Assembly (NCBI GenBank): GCA_001767955.1
Contig: MEMO01000031.1
Span: 50,647-109,039, forward strand
DNA from: Alphaproteobacteria bacterium RIFCSPLOWO2_01_FULL_40_26
Lineage (GTDB): Bacteria > Pseudomonadota > Alphaproteobacteria > Rickettsiales > UBA1997
DNA length: 58,393 nt
Reading direction: 5' to 3'
The translations under genes and the position numbers were made by a program. Of the stretch, positions 17,522 through 24,180 are shown piece after piece. Under the pieces are notes generated by a model, which saw nothing but the letters and a program-made list of their open reading frames with translations, was not told the DNA's origin and did not search any database. How positions within the stretch are numbered: the stretch's first letter is position 1; the number at the start of each line of letters is the position of its first letter.

Positions 17522-18646
17522 TCAAGCCGGTCTTTTTGGAATTTTTCTCAACGCTTCCGCCAAATCGGCAATTTTATTTTCTTCGGCAAATTGCAGCAAA
17601 GTTTTTTCAGTTTTTTTGATCAAACCAAAACTTTGCTTCAAAGCCAAAATTCCGTAAGCATTAAACGAAACTTCCGGAGAAATGATTATCTTTGCTTCGC
17701 CAAGATTATTTTGATCAAATTTTTCCAGAATTAAAATCAGATTTGGCGCAAAATTTTTGAGCCATTTTGCATCAAACAAATTTTTTTTCGCTTTTACGTA
17801 AAGCTCAATTTCCTTTACCACCTCTTCAGCTTTTACCTGTTTGGCAATTTTCAAAGCCTCTTCCATTTTTTGCGCGCCCCATGACAATAAAATAAAACAT
17901 ATTTTTGCGTGATTGATTTTTGCTGCCATTTCAAGCGTATTTAAACTCTGATCGGTTTCCTTATTAACATCAATTCCGGCATCAAGCAGCAGAAGCAAAA
18001 CATCGATATGATTACCGATGGCGGCATAATGCAAAGCATTCATGCGATGGTTATCTTCAATGGTTTGCACATTTTTATCGGCGCCGATTTTTAGCAAAAA
18101 TTCGACAAGTTTTGCCTGCCCGAATTCTGCGGCAATCACCAGAGGCGTAAGACCAAATCCGGTTTTGGTTTCCTTATCAACGCCACTTTCAATCAAAAAC
18201 TGCGCTATCTCAACATAGCCAAATTGCGATGCGTAATGAATCGGAACCCATCCTCTGTTTTCCTGCGAGGCTTGCGGATTTTTGTCGCAACCGGCATCAA
18301 GCAAAATTTTTACCACCGCAACAGCGCCGCTTTGCGCGGCGATATGCAAAGGTGTAAAAAATCCGTGATTTCTGGAATCGAGATAGTTTTTATCATTGCC
18401 GGCAATCTGTAAAATTTTTGTCACCGAAACATCATCAAAAAATTTCGCCGCCAAATGCAAAATGTTGTTTTGCAATACGCCAAATTTAAATTCCAAAAAA
18501 ACTTTTTTCTCTTCCGCATCTTGTAAAGACTCAATCTCACCAACCATATCGGCAATTATTTTTTTCGTCTGCGCAATTTCTTCAGCAGAAATTTTGTTTA
18601 ATTTTTTGTCGGAATTTTTTTCAAGAAGATCGAGATGTTCTTGCAT
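17522..18646 (-). CDS. Ankyrin-repeat protein
   Basis: 374 aa. Several consecutive 33-aa repeats with the ..TPLHIAA..G....V..LL..GAD.N.. pattern (for example FTPLHIAAQSGAVAVVKILLDAGCDKN and MNALHYAAIGNHIDVLLLLLDAGIDVN). Confidence 0.85.
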   Translation of the reverse strand: MQEHLDLLEKNSDKKLNKISAEEIAQTKKIIADMVGEIESLQDAEEKKVFLEFKFGVLQNNILHLAAKFFDDVSVTKILQIAGNDKNYLDSRNHGFFTPLHIAAQSGAVAVVKILLDAGCDKNPQASQENRGWVPIHYASQFGYVEIAQFLIESGVDKETKTGFGLTPLVIAAEFGQAKLVEFLLKIGADKNVQTIEDNHRMNALHYAAIGNHIDVLLLLLDAGIDVNKETDQSLNTLEMAAKINHAKICFILLSWGAQKMEEALKIAKQVKAEEVVKEIELYVKAKKNLFDAKWLKNFAPNLILILEKFDQNNLGEAKIIISPEVSFNAYGILALKQSFGLIKKTEKTLLQFAEENKIADLAEALRKIPKRPA

Positions 18647-18679
18647 AAGGAATTGCTAAAAATTGCGTTTACCTTCCCA

Positions 18680-19183
18680 TCACCTTCCACGGGCATGCTG
18701 CCTTCCGGCCGCACGTTCTTTGGCTTCAACCATACTGGCCCAAAAACCTTTGTCACCGCGTTTGTTGAGTATGTGAGCTGATTGAATGAGATAGGTAAGT
18801 TTCTGACCCAAAATCATTGCTGTCCAAAAACCAATTGGTTTAACGAAATCAACAATTTCAGTTTGATTCATTTGACGTTTGCTTTCTTCCTGCTCTTTTG
18901 AAGGAATCAACTCGTAAGTTCCGGATTGATCTTGGCCAATTTTGCTTTTTATCTCTGCTTTAAGAGCTGAATGGGCGCGGGGAATTTCAAGCTTTCGCAG
19001 CAATTCCTCTTCCTCTTTTTCATATTTTTTCTGATTGCGTGGTAAAATTTTTTTACTGATTTTTTTGAGCTTGAGATAGCGCTTATAAGCTTGATTGATG
19101 AGGAAAAGCAAAACCACGCGAATCAAAAAGATTAGCGTTAGAATTATACAAAAAATTATCGCTAGAGTGCCAACTATCTTCAT
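18680..19183 (-). CDS. Hypothetical membrane protein (one N-terminal TM helix, charged middle)
   Basis: 167 aa. MKIVGTLAIIFCIILTLIFLIRVVLLFLI is a TM segment. No domain recognised. It overlaps the upstream gene by 4 nt. Confidence 0.45.
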   Translation of the reverse strand: MKIVGTLAIIFCIILTLIFLIRVVLLFLINQAYKRYLKLKKISKKILPRNQKKYEKEEEELLRKLEIPRAHSALKAEIKSKIGQDQSGTYELIPSKEQEESKRQMNQTEIVDFVKPIGFWTAMILGQKLTYLIQSAHILNKRGDKGFWASMVEAKERAAGRQHARGR

Positions 19184-19668
19184 CTCAAATCCTCACAAAC
19201 TTCCTTAAGCTTGCGATAGCTTGCGGCAAAGCCAATTAGGGAGTAAGTATCGACCGCAATTTTGCCATCGCGCGCAATGCCGGTGATGATCATATCGCTG
19301 CTTTTTTGCATCTCCTTTATGATGTCAATATCGTCATTTTTATCATTAGCCCAAGCCATGGCTTTGTAGGGGAAAAGGTAGAATTTTTTTGTGGCAAATG
19401 AAACTTCAACATTGGAATTCTGATTGTAAATAAAACCGGAAGAAGCGCTGATTTCGTCGGCATCATCTTCGATATTAGTGACAAGAAAAAACGGTTCGCC
19501 GCGCTTGTCATAATTGCCTTCACGCTTGGTTGGGGTTGATGCTGTATAACAAACAATACGATCGCCTCTTTCAGACTTGAAAACATTCCAATCGTGAAAT
19601 TTTTCAACTAACTGCTGGGCAAAAATATTTTTTGAAAAAAGCAAAAATAAAATTAGCCAGAATCTCAT
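19180..19668 (-). CDS. Secreted protein, IalB-like (invasion-associated locus B family)
   Basis: 162 aa. Signal peptide MRFWLILFLLFSKNIFA, then a ..W.V......DR.VCY.. pattern and a size typical of alphaproteobacterial IalB-family proteins. The assignment is tentative. Confidence 0.5.
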   Translation of the reverse strand: MRFWLILFLLFSKNIFAQQLVEKFHDWNVFKSERGDRIVCYTASTPTKREGNYDKRGEPFFLVTNIEDDADEISASSGFIYNQNSNVEVSFATKKFYLFPYKAMAWANDKNDDIDIIKEMQKSSDMIITGIARDGKIAVDTYSLIGFAASYRKLKEVCEDLR

Positions 19669-19725
19669 AACTTGACTTTTGTCCGTCTAAAAATAGCTTG
19701 CCGCGCCTCTTTAAATCCTACCAAA

Positions 19726-20478
19726 ATGCAAGAAAATAATAACGCGGAAGGGCATAATCCTTTGGCACAATTTGAAGTCAAAAAAATTGTTGATCTCAAA
19801 ATTGGCAATATCGATTTAAGCCTCACCAATTCTGCACTTTACATGATGATTACCACTTTTCTTATCATCGCTTTCATGCTTTTTGCAATACGCAAAAAAT
19901 CACTTATTCCATCACGTTTGCAGGTAATTGCCGAGAACATGTTCAGCTTCATCAGCAACATGCTTGAAAGCAGCATTGGCAAAGAAGGAAAAAAATTCTT
20001 TCCTTTGGTTTTTAGTCTCTTCACCTTCATTTTGCTTTGCAATATTTTGGGTATGACGCCTTACAGCTTTACCACAACCAGCCAAATTATTATCACCTTT
20101 GCTTTAGCCATGACCGCATTTTTAACCGTAACAATTTTTGCCATCATTCGCAACGGCATCGGCGGATTTTTGCATATGTTCCTACCAGGCGGAGTGCCAC
20201 TTTGGATGGCGCCAGCAATTTTTATCATCGAGCTTTTTTCATTTTTGATTCGTCCAATTACACTCTCAGTTCGTCTTTTCGCCAATTTGGTTGCCGGCCA
20301 TGTTTTGCTTAAGGTAATCGCCGGTTTCATCATCTCGCTTGGCATAATTTTTGGCATTTTTCCATTTCTATTCGCCATCGTCATGACCGGCTTCGAACTT
20401 TTCGTCGCCGTGCTTCAAGCCTATATTTTCGCCGTTCTGGTTTGCGCTTATTTGGGTGAAACGGTTAGAGAACATTGA
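19726..20478 (+). CDS. atpB: F0F1 ATP synthase subunit a
   Basis: The polytopic membrane protein includes ITLSVRLFANLVAGH (conserved Arg) and sits upstream of the c, b' and b genes. ATG at 19726 is preferred to TTG at 19672. Confidence 0.9.
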   Translation: MQENNNAEGHNPLAQFEVKKIVDLKIGNIDLSLTNSALYMMITTFLIIAFMLFAIRKKSLIPSRLQVIAENMFSFISNMLESSIGKEGKKFFPLVFSLFTFILLCNILGMTPYSFTTTSQIIITFALAMTAFLTVTIFAIIRNGIGGFLHMFLPGGVPLWMAPAIFIIELFSFLIRPITLSVRLFANLVAGHVLLKVIAGFIISLGIIFGIFPFLFAIVMTGFELFVAVLQAYIFAVLVCAYLGETVREH

Positions 20479-20554
20479 ATTTGACCTACTCCCATCGGGT
20501 CAAACACTCCCTCCCTATGGGTTTTTTGATGGGTAATTTAACTTTAAATCAATT

Positions 20555-20806
20555 ATGCAAGAAACAGCTTTAGAAGTAGCAAAAAACTACGACACTCTCA
20601 AATATATCGGCATCGGTTTATGCTCAATTGGCATGGCTGGAGCTGCGATTGCCATCGGCAATATTTTTGGTTCATTTTTCAATAGTCTGGCACGCAATCC
20701 CTCTGCCGCTCCAAAAATTGAAAAATACATTTACATCGCTGTTGGCCTTGCCGAAGCAATGGGCATTTTCGCCGTGCTTTTGGCATTCATGATCATGTTT
20801 AAGTAA
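20555..20806 (+). CDS. atpE: F0F1 ATP synthase subunit c
   Basis: 83-aa two-helix hairpin with ARNPSA loop and GLAEAMGIF (essential Glu). Confidence 0.9.
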   Translation: MQETALEVAKNYDTLKYIGIGLCSIGMAGAAIAIGNIFGSFFNSLARNPSAAPKIEKYIYIAVGLAEAMGIFAVLLAFMIMFK

Positions 20807-20813
20807 ATTGCAT

Positions 20814-20858
20814 CAGACCGCTTGAAAGCGATTTCAAGCGGTCTGAGAACATTTTTTT
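20814..20858 (+). terminator. Stem-loop after atpE (possible partial terminator or attenuator)
   Basis: cagaccgcttgaaa-gcga-tttcaagcggtctg is a 14-bp perfect stem. It is followed by agaaca and then ttttttt, so the T-run is offset by 6 nt and the structure is not canonical. Confidence 0.45.
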
Positions 20859-20861
20859 CAA

Positions 20862-21293
20862 ATGCCTCAATTTGATTTTACAACCTACAGCTCACAAATT
20901 TTCTGGTTTTTGCTGTGCTTCATCACGCTTTATTTAACTACCTACTTCGTCATTCTGCCAAGAATACGCGATATCATCGCAAAGCGCAGGGAAACTGTCG
21001 ATTCTGATATTTTATCAGCAAAAACATTTGATGTTCAAATCGAAGAAATCCATGGCACAACCACAAAATTACGCAAAGAAGCGCAGGAAAAATATCAATC
21101 CCGCATTGAAGAAATCGCCCGCAACCAAGCAAAAGAACGTGAAAAATCCATAGAAGAACTGAAGGAAAAAATTGACGAAATGACAAAAAAATCACGTCAG
21201 GAAATCAAAGATTTCACTGCAAAAGCGCAAGCGCAGGGAATTGCTGCTGTACAAAATCTGGTCCACTTAATCAAAGCAAAAATTTCAAATTAA
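20862..21293 (+). CDS. F0F1 ATP synthase subunit b'
   Basis: 143 aa. N-terminal TM helix followed by a long charged helix, in the first of two b-type positions as in alphaproteobacterial atp operons. Confidence 0.75.
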   Translation: MPQFDFTTYSSQIFWFLLCFITLYLTTYFVILPRIRDIIAKRRETVDSDILSAKTFDVQIEEIHGTTTKLRKEAQEKYQSRIEEIARNQAKEREKSIEELKEKIDEMTKKSRQEIKDFTAKAQAQGIAAVQNLVHLIKAKISN

Positions 21294-21770
21294 ATGTTTC
21301 ATTTCGACGAAAAACTTTGGCTGGCAATTGCGTTTTTTTCCTTTCTTGCGCTAATAATAAAATATGTTTGGCCTTTGATTGCCAAGGCTTTGGACAATAA
21401 ATCAAAACAAATTGCCGAAGAAATTTTACAAGCAAAAGAAATGAAGCAAAAAGCAGAACAACTACTCGCTGATGCAAAAAAATATCACCAGGAATCAATC
21501 ACATTTGCAGAAAAATTATTGAAAGATGCAGAAATTGAGGCGCAAAAATTAATCAAAGAAACAGAGCACGTCCTCAAAGAAGAGCTCAAGAAAAAAACCA
21601 ATGCCGCACAAGACAGGATCAAAACCGAACAGGAATCAGCAATTCGTACGATCAAAAGCAAAATCATTCTTGACGCCATGTCATTGCTTTCAAAAGATCT
21701 TGGCATCGACCAAAATGGTCATGAAAAACTGACCGAAAAGTCACTCAAGAATTTTGAAACAATACATTGA
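21294..21770 (+). CDS. atpF: F0F1 ATP synthase subunit b
   Basis: 158 aa. TM helix plus a coiled charged helix, in the second b-type position. Confidence 0.75.
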   Translation: MFHFDEKLWLAIAFFSFLALIIKYVWPLIAKALDNKSKQIAEEILQAKEMKQKAEQLLADAKKYHQESITFAEKLLKDAEIEAQKLIKETEHVLKEELKKKTNAAQDRIKTEQESAIRTIKSKIILDAMSLLSKDLGIDQNGHEKLTEKSLKNFETIH

Positions 21771-24169
21771 AATTCGCCCTCTCCTCTCTCAAAGAATATC
21801 TCGAAACATCAGCCTCACTTGAAGAAATTTGTCAAACCCTCACCAACATTGGGCTTGAGGTTGAATCGGTAGAAGATAAAGCAAAAATTCTGGCGCCATT
21901 TTCCGTAGCAAAAATCCTCGAAGCAAAACCGCATGAAAATTCCAACAAACTGAAAATTTGTCTGGTTGAAACTGCAACACACGAAGCACGAAGCACGAAG
22001 CACGAAGCACGAACAACGACACCATTGCAAATCATCTGTGGCGCTGCAAATGCCAGAAGTGGTTTGAAAGTGGCTTACGCACCAATCGGATCGGTAATTC
22101 CGGCAAATGGCATGTTGATTAAAAAGGCCAAAATCGCCGGAGTTGAAAGCAATGGCATGCTTTGCTCTGCACGCGAATTGGGGCTTGGCGATGAAGATTC
22201 CGGCATCATCGAAATCGATGAAAAATGGGCAATTGGCACAAAAATCACTGAAGTTTTTGGGTTAAATGATGCAGTAATTGAGATCAACGTCACACCAAAC
22301 CGAGGTGATTGCCTTGGAGTTTATGGCATCGCTCGCGACCTTGCTGCTTCTGGCATCGGACAATTAAAAAATCCTGAAATCAAAAAAACGCAGGCGAAAT
22401 TTCCATTTCCATTTGAAGTCAAAAATGAGTCAACACAGCTCTGCAGCTACGCCGCTTTTCGCATAATCAAAAACATAAAAAATTGCGAATCACCAAAATG
22501 GCTAAAAGACAAGCTGCAAGCCGTTGGCATTAATTCAATTTCTGCCATCGTTGATGTGACAAACTACATCATGCATATTTTGAACCGTCCGATGCATGCT
22601 TATGACGCCATTAAAATCAACGCTCCACTCACAATTCGTCTTGCAAAAAAAGATGAAAAATTTGTCTCGCTAAAAAATGAAGAATTTATTTTAGATGAAA
22701 AAATTTTGGTAATTTCCGATACAAAAAAAGCGGTTGGAATCGCTGGAATTATTGGCTCTGCAGATTCTTCCTGCGATTTAACCACAACTGAAATTCTACT
22801 TGAAGCAGCATTTTTTGCACCATCGGCAATCGCCTATTCCGGCCGCAAATTAAACATCCTATCCGATGCCAGACACCGTTTTGAACGCGGCGTTGATGAA
22901 ACAACATGTGAACAGGGAATTGATCTTGCCACTCAACTAATCCTTGAAATCTGCGGCGGCGAAGCCAGTGAAGTGAAATTTGTCGGAACAAAATCAACAA
23001 CAAAAGAAATCGCCTTCGACATCACAAAAATCAAAAAACTCATCGGCATCGAAATCGCCGAAGAAAAGGTTTGGGAAATTTTAAACAAACTAGAATTCCG
23101 AAGCACGAAGCACGAAGCACGAAGCACGATCCAAATCCCCCCACACCGCCATGATATTTTCTCGTCAGAAGATTTAGTCGAAGAAATAATCCGCATCCAT
23201 GGCTACAACAAAATCCACTCCCAAACATTGCCAGATGTTAACTACCCGCTACCCGCTACAGACTGCAAATTAACCAAAACCCGCCTACATCTTGCCTCCC
23301 TCGGTCTTACCGAAATAATTTCCTGGTCTTTTGTTAATTCAAAACTGGTCGAAATTTTTGGCGAAAAAAATGAAAAGCTGATTTTGGCCAATCCGATTTC
23401 TTCCGCAATGGATCACATGCGCCCTACTCTGGCAATTGGCCTAATTGAATCATACCAAAAAAATTCTCTTAGAAATTTCTGCAATCTCTCGCTCTTTGAA
23501 ATCGGAAATGTTTTTATTGGCGAAACACAAAAGCTGATGATCTCTGGCTTGAGAGCCGGCAAAAACAAAGAACAAAATCATTATCACGATGAAAGGGATT
23601 TTGATGTTTTTGACGTCAAAAAAGATTTTTTTGAAGTGGTAGAAATTTTTGGATTACGTGCTGAAAGCCTGCAAATCATCACTTCTGAAGCGCCAAAATA
23701 TTATCATCCATATCGCAGCGCAACTTTGAAACTGGGAGAAAATATCGTCGGATATTTCGGTGAAATTCATCCGGCAATTACAAAAAAATTTGATCTAAAA
23801 ACTCGTCCAAACCTTTTCGAAATTTTTGTTGATGCATTGCCTAATCAAATAAAACCAGCTTCCCACAAGACATTTGTTCTGAATGATTTACCAATTGTCG
23901 AACGCGATTTTGCTTTTATTGTTGATAAAAATCTGGCAGTTTCGGAATTGCTAAAAACCATCAGCAACACTGAAAAACAGCTGATCCGTGAAGTTAATAT
24001 CTTCGACATTTTCACCGGCAAAAATATCGCTGGAGACAAAAAATCCGTGGCTTTGCGCGTCAAAATTCAACCACAGGAAAAAACTCTCACTTCCGCAGAA
24101 ATTGACGCAATCAGCAAAAAAATAATTGATTCTACAATTGCCATTCACGAGGCTTCATTGCGCGAATAA
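21767..24169 (+). CDS. pheT: Phenylalanyl-tRNA synthetase beta subunit, carrying two in-frame heptad-repeat insertions
   Basis: 800 aa. It has the N-terminal tRNA-binding OB domain (..LQIICGAANA..GVESNGMLCSARELG), the B3/4 and B5 domains (..PPHRHDI..) and a C-terminal anticodon-binding-like domain. TTG start overlapping the atpF stop. No pheS upstream. Confidence 0.92.
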   Translation: MKFALSSLKEYLETSASLEEICQTLTNIGLEVESVEDKAKILAPFSVAKILEAKPHENSNKLKICLVETATHEARSTKHEARTTTPLQIICGAANARSGLKVAYAPIGSVIPANGMLIKKAKIAGVESNGMLCSARELGLGDEDSGIIEIDEKWAIGTKITEVFGLNDAVIEINVTPNRGDCLGVYGIARDLAASGIGQLKNPEIKKTQAKFPFPFEVKNESTQLCSYAAFRIIKNIKNCESPKWLKDKLQAVGINSISAIVDVTNYIMHILNRPMHAYDAIKINAPLTIRLAKKDEKFVSLKNEEFILDEKILVISDTKKAVGIAGIIGSADSSCDLTTTEILLEAAFFAPSAIAYSGRKLNILSDARHRFERGVDETTCEQGIDLATQLILEICGGEASEVKFVGTKSTTKEIAFDITKIKKLIGIEIAEEKVWEILNKLEFRSTKHEARSTIQIPPHRHDIFSSEDLVEEIIRIHGYNKIHSQTLPDVNYPLPATDCKLTKTRLHLASLGLTEIISWSFVNSKLVEIFGEKNEKLILANPISSAMDHMRPTLAIGLIESYQKNSLRNFCNLSLFEIGNVFIGETQKLMISGLRAGKNKEQNHYHDERDFDVFDVKKDFFEVVEIFGLRAESLQIITSEAPKYYHPYRSATLKLGENIVGYFGEIHPAITKKFDLKTRPNLFEIFVDALPNQIKPASHKTFVLNDLPIVERDFAFIVDKNLAVSELLKTISNTEKQLIREVNIFDIFTGKNIAGDKKSVALRVKIQPQEKTLTSAEIDAISKKIIDSTIAIHEASLRE
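21978..22016 (+). repeat. Tandem (AGCACGA)n, about 5 units, in frame in pheT
   Basis: cacacgaagcacgaagcacgaagcacgaagcacgaacaa is translated as THEARSTKHEARTT, inside the OB domain just before LQIICGA. Confidence 0.9.
23098..23129 (+). repeat. Tandem (AGCACGA)n, about 4 units, in frame in pheT
   Basis: ccgaagcacgaagcacgaagcacgaagcacga is translated as RSTKHEARST, in the B5 region just before IQIPPHRHD. Confidence 0.9.
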
Positions 24170-24180
24170 CCTTTCAAACC

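Noticed and set aside
19672-19725. A sigma-70 promoter call from the TTGACT at 19672-19677 upstream of atpB.
   Set aside because: No acceptable -10 hexamer lies at 16-18 nt spacing. The TAAAAAT that follows is only ~11 nt away. There is not enough evidence for a promoter feature.
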